NCBI GenBank assembly: GCA_041891055.1
Contig: CP169074.1
Coordinates: 1,536,001-1,600,000 of the forward strand
DNA from: Halorutilales archaeon Cl-col2-1
GTDB lineage: Archaea; Halobacteriota; Halobacteria; Halobacteriales; Afararchaeaceae
Direction: 5' to 3'
Length of the DNA stretch: 64,000 bases
The position numbers and the translations under genes are program-made. Under the pieces are notes generated by a model. It was not told where the DNA came from and did not search any database. It worked only from the letters and a program-made list of their open reading frames with translations. Positions 33,900 through 45,188 of this stretch are shown piece by piece (the stretch's first letter is position 1; each line of letters starts with the position of its first letter).

Positions 33900-35363
33900 A
33901 TGCGTTCGCGACTCTCATCTCAGATTAAGCTCGACGACGACTTCCTCGAAAAAGCCGAGGACTCCGCCTCCTTCATACGTTCGCGTTCGTCCGACGACCT
34001 CCTCCTCATCTCACACATAGATGCCGACGGACTCACGAGTGCGGGGATATCCTCGCTCGCACTCGACCGCGCCGGAATAGAACACGAGACGTGGTTCTCG
34101 AAGCAGTTAGACGAGAACGATCTCCGCGAGATTGAGAACGCCGGATTCTCGACGGTTATCTTCACCGACTTCGGGAGCGGACTCACTGACGAGATACGTG
34201 AGTCCGACTTCGACTCCGTAGTCGCCGACCACCACCAGCCACAGACAGAGATGGAGACGGAAGACGGAGATCTCGATTACCATCTCAATCCTCTTCTCTT
34301 CGGAATAGACGGCTCATCGGAGATATCGGGGGCAGGTACGTCCTACGTCCTCGCGCGCGCACTCATAGGTGAAGACGCCAAGGATCTCGCGGCTCTCGCT
34401 GCTGTCGGCGCAGTCGGAGACATGCAGGACTCGAAGTCGGGACGTCTCACAGGGGCTAACCGTGAGATAGTAAAAGAAGGCGTCGAGGCGGGTGTCTTAG
34501 AGGAGAGGACTGACTTACTTCTCTTCGGTAGACAGACGCGCGACTTACCGAGGCTCTTCGAGTACTCGACCGATGTCTACCTACCCGGTGTCACCAACTC
34601 ACGTTCGGGCGCAGTCGACTTCTTGGAGGAGACGGGAGTACGTCTCAGACGAGCCAACGGCGACTGGCGGAGGTGGGCTGACTTCTCCGACGACGAGAGA
34701 CAGCAGGTCACCAACTCTCTGATGGAACACTGTATCACGAACGGCGTCGACTCCGACGAGATCGACCGCCTCGTGGGCGAGACATACGTACTCACCCAGG
34801 AGGAGCCCGGTACTGAGGTGAGGGATGCCACCGAGTTCTCGACACTCCTCAACTCGACAGCGAGGTACAGGGAGGCGGAGACCGGACTCGCTGTCTGTAA
34901 GGGCGACAGGGACGAGGCTTACTCGCGCGCACACGAGCTTCTCAAGAACCACAGACGTAACCTTAAGAACGGCGTCGACTTCGTCGACTCGAACGGTGTG
35001 ACTAAGCTCGAAAACCTCCAGTACTTCGACGCGAGGAGCGAGATACGTGACACGATAGTTGGCATCATCGCGGGAATGAGCTACTCACTCGGGAGTGTGA
35101 GCCGGAGCATGCCGATTGTCGCGTTCGCCGACTCCGAGGAGGACAGGCTCGACGCCGAAGACGAGACGAAAGTCAGCGCGCGTGGGACACAGAGTCTCGT
35201 AAGAAAGGGTCTCGACCTCTCAGACGTGATGTCGTCGTGTGCCTCCGAGGTCGACGGAGGGGGAGGGGGGCACGACATAGCTGCGGGCGCGACGATACCC
35301 ACTGACGAACTCGACAGATTCGTGCATAAAGCCGATGCCATGATAGGCGAACAGCTTTCTTAG
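33900..35363 (+). CDS. DHH/DHHA1 RecJ-like (GAN/Cdc45-type) nuclease
   Basis: SHIDADG, DFGSG, DHH, GDMQ, GGGGH. Confidence 0.9.
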   Translation: MRSRLSSQIKLDDDFLEKAEDSASFIRSRSSDDLLLISHIDADGLTSAGISSLALDRAGIEHETWFSKQLDENDLREIENAGFSTVIFTDFGSGLTDEIRESDFDSVVADHHQPQTEMETEDGDLDYHLNPLLFGIDGSSEISGAGTSYVLARALIGEDAKDLAALAAVGAVGDMQDSKSGRLTGANREIVKEGVEAGVLEERTDLLLFGRQTRDLPRLFEYSTDVYLPGVTNSRSGAVDFLEETGVRLRRANGDWRRWADFSDDERQQVTNSLMEHCITNGVDSDEIDRLVGETYVLTQEEPGTEVRDATEFSTLLNSTARYREAETGLAVCKGDRDEAYSRAHELLKNHRRNLKNGVDFVDSNGVTKLENLQYFDARSEIRDTIVGIIAGMSYSLGSVSRSMPIVAFADSEEDRLDAEDETKVSARGTQSLVRKGLDLSDVMSSCASEVDGGGGGHDIAAGATIPTDELDRFVHKADAMIGEQLS

Positions 35364-35369
35364 CTTAGC

Positions 35370-35912
35370 TTAGAGCTTCTCGTCGATCGACTCGACTGCC
35401 TTACGCGTCCTCCTTATCTCTTCGAGTATCTGTCTCGTCATCTCGTCCCCGGTATCCGAGTCCTCCGACTCCTGGGTACGCCGGCTGATCTCCTTGTTGA
35501 TAAGCTCCTGTACCTCCTTCGGTTCTGCTATGCTCTTGAACCTCATCTCCACCCCCGATCCTCCCGCGGTGCTGATCTCGACGTTTCCGTATCCGAAGTA
35601 GTTGCCGAGGGCTCCCTGACTGAAGGAGATGTTCTGTACCTTGTCGAAGCCTATCTTCTGAACCTCCCTCGACAAAGTCCCCGTCTTCTTGTAGAGACCG
35701 TCGGTCGTAACGACGTAGTCGGTGTTCTTGACGTGGAGATATGCCCCGGCTATGACTACGAGACCCAGACCTACGAGAGGTATTAGAATCACACCGAGTA
35801 CTACTGCGGGAGCTATACTCTTGATACGCGGCTCCCCCGACCAGATGACCTCCTCGTCGTCGTCGAGTGAGAGCCAGTCGAAGCCCGTCTGGTTCTGACT
35901 TTCCGTCTCCAT
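35370..35912 (-). CDS. PH-domain (bPH_2) membrane protein
   Basis: Two TM helices then YVVT...G..S...IQ/VQNI...Q......GYGNVEISTAG. Confidence 0.85.
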   Translation of the reverse strand: METESQNQTGFDWLSLDDDEEVIWSGEPRIKSIAPAVVLGVILIPLVGLGLVVIAGAYLHVKNTDYVVTTDGLYKKTGTLSREVQKIGFDKVQNISFSQGALGNYFGYGNVEISTAGGSGVEMRFKSIAEPKEVQELINKEISRRTQESEDSDTGDEMTRQILEEIRRTRKAVESIDEKL

Positions 35913-35983
35913 GCTGGAGGATAGAAAGCCTCTCAACCAAGTATCTGCCGAAGACTTTCGTGTTAGTACGAGTCTTATACGGT

Positions 35984-36193
35984 ATGCCGAAGCTAGTCTA
36001 CGAAACGCCCAACGGGGCGAAGGTCTACCAAGGTGACAGAGACGACATACATTACGACGAGCGCAGGAGATGCTGGAAGATATCCGCGGGCGACGAGAAA
36101 GGCGTCGTGAGGTACATACCGTCGGAGAAAGTCTATTACTACGAGGGACACAAGGAGGCGACTAACGTCGTAAAGCTCGAAGAAGGCCCTTGA
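35984..36193 (+). CDS. Small hypothetical protein (69 aa)
   Basis: MPKLVYETPNG...RYIPSEKVYY; host-like codons. Confidence 0.6.
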   Translation: MPKLVYETPNGAKVYQGDRDDIHYDERRRCWKISAGDEKGVVRYIPSEKVYYYEGHKEATNVVKLEEGP

Positions 36194-36252
36194 TTTGGTT
36201 GACTGACGATGAATACAGTTACAGTTGAGTCCCGAACTATGAGAAAAACACA

Positions 36253-36327
36253 TGGGTCCAGACGGATTTGAACCGTCGACCACTCGGTTATGAGCCGAGC
36301 GCTCTAACCGGACTGAGCTATGGACCC
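36253..36327 (-). tRNA. tRNA-Ile2(CAT), agmatidine-modified AUA reader
   Basis: GGGTCCATAGCTCAG...CTCGG-CT-CAT-AA-CCGAG; the anticodon arm is typical of archaeal Ile2 rather than Met tRNAs. Confidence 0.85.
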
Positions 36328-36440
36328 TCCGTCGTGGATATAGATTGAGACTGTCTTTTCTAAAACCTTTCTAATCTAACCGTCGGACTGTGCGAGGTGC
36401 GAACTAGGCGTAGTAGACGTAGGAGATGCGTCGACCGGGA

Positions 36441-37919
36441 TCACGCCTCCGATCCAAACATCTTCCTCATCATCGGATGCATCTCCATGAGCTGTTCCTC
36501 CGCTATCTCCTCGTAGAGCTTGTGGGTGATCGAGACCGTGAGGAGGAGTCCGGTTCCGGTGACGCCTCCTATGGTTCCGAGCATGTTCGCCATGAGGGCG
36601 AGGAGTCCGAGTAGAGCACCGCCTATGACGGTGACCTGTGGTATGTAACGTTCCATGACCTTCTCTATGACTCCCGCATTACGCCGGAATCCGGGTATCT
36701 CCATCCCCGAGTTCTGTATCTTCTTTGCGACTGCGTCGGGACCCATGTCAGCTGTCTCGACCCAGAATATCGCGAAGATAGCTCCCCCTCCTATGAGGAC
36801 TACCATGTCTATGCCTATACGTATGAATACCTTCCAGGCTGCTTGAGTGGGCCCACCGGGGAGCCACCACATCCAGTCGGTCGGAGCCTGTATCGGTGTG
36901 AGATAGTACATCAGACCCGAGGTGGGCTGTGTCGACCCCGACGGATAGACTGCGAACCAGTTGGGCCGGAATCCCTGCTGGTAGAGGACGCGCCCCAACA
37001 TCTGTAAGTTCGCTTGAACCGCGCGTACGAATATGAGTGGGAGGACGCTCGCGTATATTAGCTTAACGGGGTACTGTCCTCGCGCACCCTTGACGCGGGA
37101 GTGTGACAGTGGAATCTCTATTCTCACCGACTCGGCGTAGAGGACTATTGCGAATATTATCGCCGTCGTGAGCACGAAGAGTATCTGCCCTCCGTTTATG
37201 AGGAGGAACTGGAGACCGCGTGTGCTCGTGAGTGCGAAGCCGAGGTCAGCCTGTCCCGTGAATATATGGTACCATCTGAATATGATACCCGTCGGGAGAC
37301 CGTCCTGACCGAGATGCCAGTCGAATACTCCTCCTATCAACTGCTGGGATATTCCTGCTATAATGAAGAGCCCGACACCGCTTCCGACTCCCCATTTCGA
37401 GATAATCTCGTCGAAGAAGAGTATGAGTATACCTCCTACGACGACCTGAACGAATATTATTCCCGAGAGCACAGGGGCGGGTATCCCGAGCGACGTAGCT
37501 ATCTGCTGGCTAGGCTGGAGGAAACCACCGAATACCATGGGTATCGCCGTGATTATCGACATCACGACTACGAGGAACTTCTGTGTCCCCTGGTAGAGTG
37601 CCTGTCCCCTCGGTGTCTCGGTGTCGATGGGCATGAGGTCGGCGCCGCTGAGTAGCTGGAGGACGATGCTCGCGGTGACTATGGGACCGATTCCGAGATG
37701 TAGTATCGAGCCCTGTGCTCCCGCGAGTATCGATCTGAACTGTCCAAACAGGTCGCTACTACTCGACACGCCGAATAAAGTGACGTTCGTCAGAGCGAAG
37801 TAGAGAACGAGGACGCCGAACGTCCAGTAGAGCTTGTTCTTGAAAGGAACGTGACGGTCGGGTCCGTCGACGCTCGGCATCCTGAGTAGGATCGGTTCGA
37901 ATGCGTCTGTTACTCCCAT
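36441..37919 (-). CDS. secY: Preprotein translocase SecY
   Basis: LGIGPIVTAS, KWGVGSG, IPGFRR, multiple TM helices. Confidence 0.98.
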   Translation of the reverse strand: MGVTDAFEPILLRMPSVDGPDRHVPFKNKLYWTFGVLVLYFALTNVTLFGVSSSSDLFGQFRSILAGAQGSILHLGIGPIVTASIVLQLLSGADLMPIDTETPRGQALYQGTQKFLVVVMSIITAIPMVFGGFLQPSQQIATSLGIPAPVLSGIIFVQVVVGGILILFFDEIISKWGVGSGVGLFIIAGISQQLIGGVFDWHLGQDGLPTGIIFRWYHIFTGQADLGFALTSTRGLQFLLINGGQILFVLTTAIIFAIVLYAESVRIEIPLSHSRVKGARGQYPVKLIYASVLPLIFVRAVQANLQMLGRVLYQQGFRPNWFAVYPSGSTQPTSGLMYYLTPIQAPTDWMWWLPGGPTQAAWKVFIRIGIDMVVLIGGGAIFAIFWVETADMGPDAVAKKIQNSGMEIPGFRRNAGVIEKVMERYIPQVTVIGGALLGLLALMANMLGTIGGVTGTGLLLTVSITHKLYEEIAEEQLMEMHPMMRKMFGSEA

Positions 37920-37947
37920 CTTTTAGGTTATGTTTTCAGTCTCCGCC

Positions 37948-38406
37948 TTAGTTCTTGTTTTCTTCGCTGTCTTCGTCTTCTTCCGACTCGCCCGTCTCTA
38001 TGACCTCACCGCCGGCTTCCTCTATCTTCTCTACGGCGGAGTCGGAGAAGTCGTCGGCACGGACGACGAGCGTGTTACGTACCTGTCCGCCGCCGAGTAT
38101 CTTGTCGACGCCAATCTCGTCGGCGTCTACCTCGTAGCCGTCGTCTGTCTCCTCGACGACTCCCTCGTCGACGAGTTCGTAGACCTTCTGGTCTATCTCG
38201 CCTATGTCGGCTGTCGCGACCTCTTCCTGAACCTTCTGGGGTCGCTGGAAGCCGTGCTTACCGAGGTCGGGGTGGCTGAACTTCTCGTGTTTGTCACGTC
38301 CAGCGTCTCCTCTTCCTCCTCTGTTTCCTCCTCCACGTCGGTTCTTCTGAGTTCCTCCGCCGTGTGTTCTCGATCCGCGTCCGCGTTTCTTAGAGTCTCT
38401 AGACAT
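37948..38406 (-). CDS. rpl15: 50S ribosomal protein uL15
   Basis: RGSRTHGGG, KILGGG, SAVEKIE. Confidence 0.96.
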   Translation of the reverse strand: MSRDSKKRGRGSRTHGGGTQKNRRGGGNRGGRGDAGRDKHEKFSHPDLGKHGFQRPQKVQEEVATADIGEIDQKVYELVDEGVVEETDDGYEVDADEIGVDKILGGGQVRNTLVVRADDFSDSAVEKIEEAGGEVIETGESEEDEDSEENKN

Positions 38407-38407
38407 C

Positions 38408-38910
38408 TTATCTCATCCTCCTGAGTAGGTCGTCTATCTCGTTTCCGTGGTCTCCGAGGACGCCACCCTGCTTGTAGCTCTTCTTTATTCCGGAGTGTCC
38501 ACCTCTCGGGGGATGGAGCCTGAGACGTGTCCTCAGACCCGCCTCCTTGAGGTCGGTGTCTCCTTCTACGACTGCCTCGGCGAAGTCGCCTACCGACGAG
38601 TACTCGGTGTTCTCGTCTATGTAGCCGTCAGTAACCGAGTCTCCGTCCTCGGTCTCGCCTCTAGTCTCGACTAGCTCGGCGACAGTCTCGGCGCTCGGGG
38701 TACCGTATGCGACGTAGTCGTTGACCTTGTGGAGCATCCCCTCGACAGACCCCGTCGCTGGTCTGATGGTACAGCTGTTTACGTCTCCTAGGCTGAGCAT
38801 GTCGAGTGTGTCTCTCACACTCGAGCTCATGTTGACCTCGCCACGTACCTGTACGACTGCGTAACAGCCGATCTCTTCTTGCTCGGATTCTGATTCTGCT
38901 TCTGCGCTCA

Positions 38911-38911
<1 letters not shown>
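38408..38911 (-). CDS. rpl30: 50S ribosomal protein uL30
   Basis: RLHPPRGG; operon position. Confidence 0.95.
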
Positions 38912-39554
<643 letters not shown>

Positions 39555-39558
<4 letters not shown>

Positions 39559-40106
39559 GCTTCTTCCTCCAGTGTTTCAAGTACCTGATCGAAATGTTCG
39601 GGGAGCTCGTCGGAGTCTATGCCGATGTCGTCGGAAGTGTACTCCACCCCGTCGTACTCGGCGATGTGCTCTCCTCTGACACGTTCCCACGACGGAACGA
39701 CGTCGTCTCCGTGGGGGACTTCGAGTCCTGCGTCGGAGGCTCCCATTACCGCTGCAAAGACCCTGTTACCGGGCGTCACGGGGTTGAGACCTATGTCGGC
39801 GACAGCCTCGTCGAATCCCTCGTCGAGACCTCTGACTCCCGCGAGGAAGCCCGCGAGGTACGCCGCCGGGAGGTTGCCCGTAGGCGCTTCCCAGCCGTAC
39901 TCCGCGAGGTCTGATGTATCAGCCTTCGCCTCGGTGTAGTCTCCGTCGGCTCCCGCCGTGACTATCTGTACCGTAGTGTGCTTGTTGCTCTTCCTTACGA
40001 CTAGACGTGGCTTTCCGCTCTTGAGGAGACGTAGGCGTTGCTGGTAATCCGTCTTACCCTCGCGCCTGCGTCTCATCGGAACCTTGTAGTTGGGTTTTGT
40101 TGCCAT
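39555..40106 (-). CDS. rpl18: 50S ribosomal protein uL18
   Basis: [18 protein letters not shown]. Confidence 0.97.
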
Positions 40107-40107
40107 A

Positions 40108-40548
40108 TTAATCCATCTCCTCTACGTAGTTTCTGAGATAACGTACACTTCTGAACTCTCCACCGTTTGCCATCTTGTAGAGCTCACGGTACTCGGACGG
40201 CGTTATCTCGTCGTTCTCGCGCATTTCCTTCAGAGCCTTCCTCTGTGCACGTATCTTCGACTCCCACTCGTCCTTCTCGGGGTTACGTGCGCCCTGCTTT
40301 CCGCTGCGCTTACCCTGTCCTTTCTTGTGACCGTACTCTCTCTTTTCGTCTCTCTCACGCGCGCGTCCACGTGAGACTCCCTTCTTCTCCTTCGCCTTTA
40401 TACTACCTTCATCTATGAGCTCTCTGACGTCCTCGCGTGTAATCGCTTCGGCAATCTCCGACTGTGCGTCGGGATCGAGCCAGACTCGGTTCTTACCGCA
40501 TCCGAGTATGTCGGAAGCGAGACGTTTCTGTGTCTTTAGGTCGCTCAT
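40108..40548 (-). CDS. rpl19e: 50S ribosomal protein eL19
   Basis: QKRLA...RVWLDP. Confidence 0.97.
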   Translation of the reverse strand: MSDLKTQKRLASDILGCGKNRVWLDPDAQSEIAEAITREDVRELIDEGSIKAKEKKGVSRGRARERDEKREYGHKKGQGKRSGKQGARNPEKDEWESKIRAQRKALKEMRENDEITPSEYRELYKMANGGEFRSVRYLRNYVEEMD

Positions 40549-41231
40549 TCTTCAGCCTCCTGTATGTACGTGGGGTTGAGAACACGTATCTCGTTCTCGA
40601 CCGCCTTCTCCTCTATTCTCTCTCTCTTTCTGCCACCTACAGAGCCTCCTATACGTACTGCCTGGGTCGAGGGGTCGACTCCTTCGAGATCCTCGGGACG
40701 TTCGACACGTACTTCCTCGAACCCGCTCGGATGGAGGTCTCTGACCTCCTTGGGCGATCGGAAGCCGACTCCTGCTGTCTTTCCTTTGCCCTTGACTCCT
40801 CTTCTCTGCTTCGAGAGTCCGCCCTTGGGTCTCCTCCAAGACGACGGGTTTCTCTTCATCTTGTGGTGATCCTGCCTGTTGAAGTCGGGCTTGCTCGCCT
40901 TCTGCCTCTTCTTCACGTTGAGGAGCCTCTTCTCCTCGTCTTCGAGGTCGGGGGTCTTGTCGGAGAGTTCGCTTGCGGTTATACGTTCTCCCGCCTCGGC
41001 TTCCTCTGCTTCTTCCTCTATCTCCTCTACGGCTTCTTCCTCGACTTCGAGGCTTCCGACGTCTGCTTTTATACGTGCGGCGAGCGCCTTACCTATCTCG
41101 TCTATCTCGGAGAGGTCTTCCTGTGACGCTCTCCTGACGTCGTCTACGGTCTCGTATCCCGCTTCTCTCAGAGCGTCAGCCTTCGACTCTCCGACTCCGT
41201 CTATCTCCGTAAGTTCGTCTGCGTCTGACAT
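40545..41231 (-). CDS. rpl32e: 50S ribosomal protein eL32 with N-terminal HhH domain
   Basis: IDGVG HhH motif; FNRQD...WRRPKG; HPSG; RVLNP. Confidence 0.95.
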   Translation of the reverse strand: MSDADELTEIDGVGESKADALREAGYETVDDVRRASQEDLSEIDEIGKALAARIKADVGSLEVEEEAVEEIEEEAEEAEAGERITASELSDKTPDLEDEEKRLLNVKKRQKASKPDFNRQDHHKMKRNPSSWRRPKGGLSKQRRGVKGKGKTAGVGFRSPKEVRDLHPSGFEEVRVERPEDLEGVDPSTQAVRIGGSVGGRKRERIEEKAVENEIRVLNPTYIQEAEE

Positions 41232-41232
41232 C

Positions 41233-41769
41233 TTATACGACCTCCTTTCCTGCCTTCTCTGTTATGTAGACGCCGTCCTGGAACGCACGGACGTCCTTGT
41301 CGTTTATACGTGTCTGCTGTTCTATGTTCGCCGCTGTCTGTCCGACAGCTTCCTTGTCGGGTCCTGTCAGAGTGATCTCCTCGTCCTGAACCTCGACCTG
41401 TGTATCGCCGAGTATCTCGGCTTCCCTCGGGTGCTTCTCGCCGAGGAAGTTACGTATCTCGACTACGTCGCCCTTGACCTCGACCTGCATCGGGAAATGG
41501 CTGTAGAGTACCTTCATCTTGTACTCGAAGCCATCTGTGACTCCCTTAATGTCGTTCTCGATCTCGCTCTCGAAAGACCCGACAGTTGCGAGGGGCTTAC
41601 GTCTGTCTTTATCTGTGCTCACGACTACGTCGCCGTCTTCGACCTCGACGTCAACGTCGGGGTACGAGTAGGTTCTCTCGACGGTGCCGTTGGGACCGCT
41701 CACCGTCAGTCTGTCGAGGTCTTTCTCAACGTCGACTTCGTCCGGAACTTCTATGACTACTTCTTTCAT
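41233..41769 (-). CDS. rpl6: 50S ribosomal protein uL6
   Basis: YSHFP, RNFLGEK, FQDGVYI. Likely ATG at 41769. Confidence 0.96.
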   Translation of the reverse strand: MKEVVIEVPDEVDVEKDLDRLTVSGPNGTVERTYSYPDVDVEVEDGDVVVSTDKDRRKPLATVGSFESEIENDIKGVTDGFEYKMKVLYSHFPMQVEVKGDVVEIRNFLGEKHPREAEILGDTQVEVQDEEITLTGPDKEAVGQTAANIEQQTRINDKDVRAFQDGVYITEKAGKEVV

Positions 41770-41781
41770 TCTTGTCACCTC

Positions 41782-42174
41782 TTAGTATACGTAAGCGAGG
41801 AGCTGTCCTCCGACGCCTTCCTCACGAGCCTCGTAATGGCTCATGACACCGTGGCTCGTTGTGACTATCAGAGAGCCGTAGTCCCTACCGGGGAGGTAAC
41901 GTTTCTCCCATTTCTCGTACTCGTCCTTCGAGACTGTGTACTTCGGCTTGACAGCTCCACATTCGTTTATTCCACCGCTCAGCTCTACGTCGAACTTGCC
42001 TGCCTTACCGTCGTCAACGAACTCGAAGCTCTCTATGAATCCCTGGTCGTGGAGAACTCCGAGGACGTTGCCTATGCTGTTCGAAGCGGGCTCTATCGTG
42101 CACTCTAGCTTACCGACCTTCTCGGCGTTCTGTATTGCCGAGAGCGCGTCCGCAAGCGGATCTGACATCGTCAT
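41782..42174 (-). CDS. rps8: 30S ribosomal protein uS8
   Basis: [23 protein letters not shown]. Confidence 0.97.
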   Translation of the reverse strand: MTMSDPLADALSAIQNAEKVGKLECTIEPASNSIGNVLGVLHDQGFIESFEFVDDGKAGKFDVELSGGINECGAVKPKYTVSKDEYEKWEKRYLPGRDYGSLIVTTSHGVMSHYEAREEGVGGQLLAYVY

Positions 42175-42185
42175 TTTATCACCAT

Positions 42186-42371
42186 TTAGTTGTACTTCTT
42201 CGCGCCCATGTCGCGCGCGACCTCACGGAAGCACTGTCTGCAGAGGTAGATATTGTACCTCGACACGAGACCTTCCTTACGTCCACATCTCTGACACTCG
42301 TGGGTATTCCCGGTCTCCGCAGTCTCTTCTGTTTCTGTGGCTTCCGTGTCGGCTTCTTCTGTTTCGCTCAT
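42186..42371 (-). CDS. rps14: 30S ribosomal protein uS14
   Basis: CQRC...LCRQCFRE zinc finger. Confidence 0.96.
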   Translation of the reverse strand: MSETEEADTEATETEETAETGNTHECQRCGRKEGLVSRYNIYLCRQCFREVARDMGAKKYN

Positions 42372-42892
42372 TCTATGCTCACCTCGAACTCGTCCTCTAT
42401 GAACGTCGTGGCGTCTTCCCTGTTGAGACGCTGCTTCTCGGGTATCTTACGTGACTGCTTCCTCCGCTTCTCAACACGCTTGCCCTTCCTCTCCATCGTC
42501 ACAGTCACGTCCATCCCGAATATTCCTATGTCGGGGTCGTACTCCATCTCCTCGAACTGAGTATGCTCCTCGATGCCGAACGAGAAGTTACCGAACTCGT
42601 CGAACTGGTTCGAGTCGAGCGAGCCGGCTATGCCGAGTGCTTCTTCGAGGAACTCCTTAGCGTCGTCGCCTCGGAGAGTCGTCTTGACGCCGATGGGGTC
42701 GCCTTGACGTATCCCGAACGACGGGATGCTCTGTTTCGCGTTCGTCCTCACGGTCTGCTGTCCCGTGATCTCCTCGACTATCTCCTCGGCGTTCCTGAGT
42801 TCGACACCTCCCTCTCCTATCGACATATTGACGACGACCTTCTCTATCTTCGGCTTCCTCATCTCGTGTATCTCTTCGAGACTTCCTGTCAT
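42368..42892 (-). CDS. rpl5: 50S ribosomal protein uL5
   Basis: [24 protein letters not shown]. Confidence 0.97.
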   Translation of the reverse strand: MTGSLEEIHEMRKPKIEKVVVNMSIGEGGVELRNAEEIVEEITGQQTVRTNAKQSIPSFGIRQGDPIGVKTTLRGDDAKEFLEEALGIAGSLDSNQFDEFGNFSFGIEEHTQFEEMEYDPDIGIFGMDVTVTMERKGKRVEKRRKQSRKIPEKQRLNREDATTFIEDEFEVSIE

Positions 42893-43602
42893 TCTTCAGC
42901 CTCCTGTTCCTCTAAGCTCGTAAGTGATTCACCTATCACGAAGACGTACTCCTCGACGGTTTCGAATGTAGTGCCGTCGTCACGTTCTGCGACTATCGTG
43001 TTGGGACTCGAACCCTCGGTGATACGTACCTCGACGAGTTTTCCGACCTCTCCCGAGTGCTTTCCGTCTACGGCTGTGACGGCACGACCCTCGCCGAAGA
43101 CGAAGTGGTCGACTATCTCGTCTGTCTCGACGTCTACGACAATTGAGTCGTCGGTCGAGTAGACGTCCTCGTCGACTAGTAGGTTGTCTCCGTTATGGAG
43201 GTTGAGCTGTGTCTCACCGCCCTTTATATGGGTCTTGTCAGTGATCTTAGCGAGCTTCGTCGTCGCGGCGTCCTCGTCTATCGGTGTCAGTGAGAGACGT
43301 CCGCCCTCTCCGGGGAAGACACGGTAGTACTCTTCCATCTCGGGGAAGGCGACGATGTCGAACATGCCTATCGGCGTACGTATGTCGTCGGCTGGCTCAC
43401 CGTTTATGACAACCGAGTCGTTGTCGAGTGCGTAACGAGCTTCCTTCGCGTTCTCGACGTATCCGACGACGTCACGTAGAAGAACTACGAGGGGGACACC
43501 TTCCTCACCGTGGGGACCTGCCTGGGGTGAGACGGTGAATACGTAGTTCTTCCTCTCCATGGGCCAGGACGACGGCGCTGAGAGACGTTTCTGGTGCGTC
43601 AT
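42889..43602 (-). CDS. rps4e: 30S ribosomal protein eS4
   Basis: HQKRLSAP...GPH; YVFVIG. Confidence 0.96.
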   Translation of the reverse strand: MTHQKRLSAPSSWPMERKNYVFTVSPQAGPHGEEGVPLVVLLRDVVGYVENAKEARYALDNDSVVINGEPADDIRTPIGMFDIVAFPEMEEYYRVFPGEGGRLSLTPIDEDAATTKLAKITDKTHIKGGETQLNLHNGDNLLVDEDVYSTDDSIVVDVETDEIVDHFVFGEGRAVTAVDGKHSGEVGKLVEVRITEGSSPNTIVAERDDGTTFETVEEYVFVIGESLTSLEEQEAEE

Positions 43603-43958
43603 TAGTCACCACCTCGTCTGATTCTTTCTTCTCTCTCGGGGTCTTCGAGGTCGAGATCCGTAACACGGAGGTTCGACGCGTCTACCATACGCGGAACTTC
43701 CTCTCCGTCGGCTTTCTCAACAGTGACTCCCTCGACCTCTACCTTCGCCGAGTCGAGGTCGACTCCGAGAACCTCTCCGGTCTCTCCGGCTTCGTCACCT
43801 CTCATGACCTCGACGGTGTCGCCCGCGCTGACCCTGACTCTCCTCGTACCGTACTCATCGCGGAGATCGTCGCTGAGGGTCGCGTGGACGAAGTTATGCC
43901 TCTCGTGCAGGGGTGCTTCGTCCCTCTGCTTTCTCTGTTTACGTGGTTGTGTGGTCAT
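43602..43958 (-). CDS. rpl24: 50S ribosomal protein uL24
   Basis: QPRKQR, APLH, KOW motif GDTVEVMRG. Confidence 0.96.
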   Translation of the reverse strand: MTTQPRKQRKQRDEAPLHERHNFVHATLSDDLRDEYGTRRVRVSAGDTVEVMRGDEAGETGEVLGVDLDSAKVEVEGVTVEKADGEEVPRMVDASNLRVTDLDLEDPEREERIRRGGD

Positions 43959-43970
43959 TCTTTCACCTCT

Positions 43971-44369
43971 TTAGACTATAATGTTCGCGGCACTGGCCAC
44001 CATACCGAACCTCTCGGCGACCTCGCGCGATATCGGACCGCGTATCTCGGTTCCTCTCGGCTCTTCGTTCTCGTCGATTATGACGGCTGCGTTGTCCTCG
44101 AACTTGACACGCGTTCCGTCGGGGCGTTTGAATCCCTTCTTCTGTCTCACTACGACTGCTTCGAGAACCTGTCTCCTCATGTCGGGATCGCCCTTCGTCA
44201 CACTCACGACTACGACGTCACCGAGTCCAGCCTTGGGCTGTCTGCTCCTCGTGCCTCCGTAGTTCTTCGCGCTTATGAGACGTAGCTCACGTGCGCCCGT
44301 GTTGTCGGCGCAGTTGAGCTTCGTTCCCTTCGTGAGGGGCTTGGGTATGTCGGCTGCTACTGCTTTCAT
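43971..44369 (-). CDS. rpl14: 50S ribosomal protein uL14
   Basis: [15 protein letters not shown]. Start at the ATG at 44369. Confidence 0.97.
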   Translation of the reverse strand: MKAVAADIPKPLTKGTKLNCADNTGARELRLISAKNYGGTRSRQPKAGLGDVVVVSVTKGDPDMRRQVLEAVVVRQKKGFKRPDGTRVKFEDNAAVIIDENEEPRGTEIRGPISREVAERFGMVASAANIIV

Positions 44370-44698
44370 TGTTCTTCCTCCACTACCTCTATTACGACGA
44401 AGTTCTTCGTCTTGCTCAGAGGTCTGCACTCCGCGACTCTCACCGTGTCGCCCTCCTCGGGATCGAGGCAGGCGGGGGAGTGTGCGGAGACACGTGACCT
44501 CCGTCTCATCTGTCTGTCGTACTTCGGAACGTTGACGTCGTGCTCCCTCTCGACGACTACCGTCTTGTCCATCTTGTCGCTCGCGACTTCGCCCTCTATG
44601 ACCGTACCGCGGACACCTAGGGTGCCGTGGAACGGACAGTTGTCGTCGGAGCACGTCTCGTCGGGCTCCGGAACGTCGAATCCTATGTTTGCTGACAT
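44366..44698 (-). CDS. rps17: 30S ribosomal protein uS17
   Basis: [14 protein letters not shown]. Confidence 0.97.
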   Translation of the reverse strand: MSANIGFDVPEPDETCSDDNCPFHGTLGVRGTVIEGEVASDKMDKTVVVEREHDVNVPKYDRQMRRRSRVSAHSPACLDPEEGDTVRVAECRPLSKTKNFVVIEVVEEEQ

Positions 44699-44700
44699 GT

Positions 44701-44985
44701 TTATCTCGTGTTTTTTGTGCGTTCGGCAGGACTTCCGTGGATAGCGTCACCTTCCACCCTCACCCTCTCGGAGCCGAGGTCGAAGACGAATGTCGACGAC
44801 CTTTTCGGGACCGTCTTCTTGTCTCCTTCCTGCTTGATTTCGAGACAGTTCTTTGTCTCGTAGACAACGTGTCCCTCGGTACCCACGACAGACTCGTCGG
44901 ACGACTCGACTACTTCCACGTCGAGTCCGATGAGCTCGTGTCGGAGTATACTGTCGGGCGTCGGTGTAGGGGTGACTGACTCCAT
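44701..44985 (-). CDS. rnp1: Ribonuclease P protein component 1 (Rpp29)
   Basis: HELIGL, ETKN, VPK; lies between rpl29 and rps17. Confidence 0.92.
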   Translation of the reverse strand: MESVTPTPTPDSILRHELIGLDVEVVESSDESVVGTEGHVVYETKNCLEIKQEGDKKTVPKRSSTFVFDLGSERVRVEGDAIHGSPAERTKNTR

Positions 44986-45188
44986 TACTCGTTCTGCCTT
45001 TCGTTCTGTATCGTCTTTATACGTGCTATCGTGCGTTTGAGCTCGCCTATCCTTCCGGGGTTTTCGGGAGCTCCTCCCGCCGCCTGCATCGACTTCGCTC
45101 TGAGGAGCTCGTCTTCGAGATCCTCAAGCTCCTCCTGTACTTCCTCGTCTGCCATCTCGCGTATCTCGTCTGCTCTTAGTATCGCCAT
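44985..45188 (-). CDS. rpl29: 50S ribosomal protein uL29
   Basis: [10 protein letters not shown]...NPGRI...IARIKT. Confidence 0.96.
   Translation of the reverse strand: MAILRADEIREMADEEVQEELEDLEDELLRAKSMQAAGGAPENPGRIGELKRTIARIKTIQNERQNE

Noticed and set aside
36253-36327. CAT-anticodon tRNA as Met
   Set aside because: It lacks the initiator A1-U72 and GGG/CCC stem features, and the arm matches Ile2.
40980-41231. HhH domain fused to eL32
   Set aside because: A known haloarchaeal feature.
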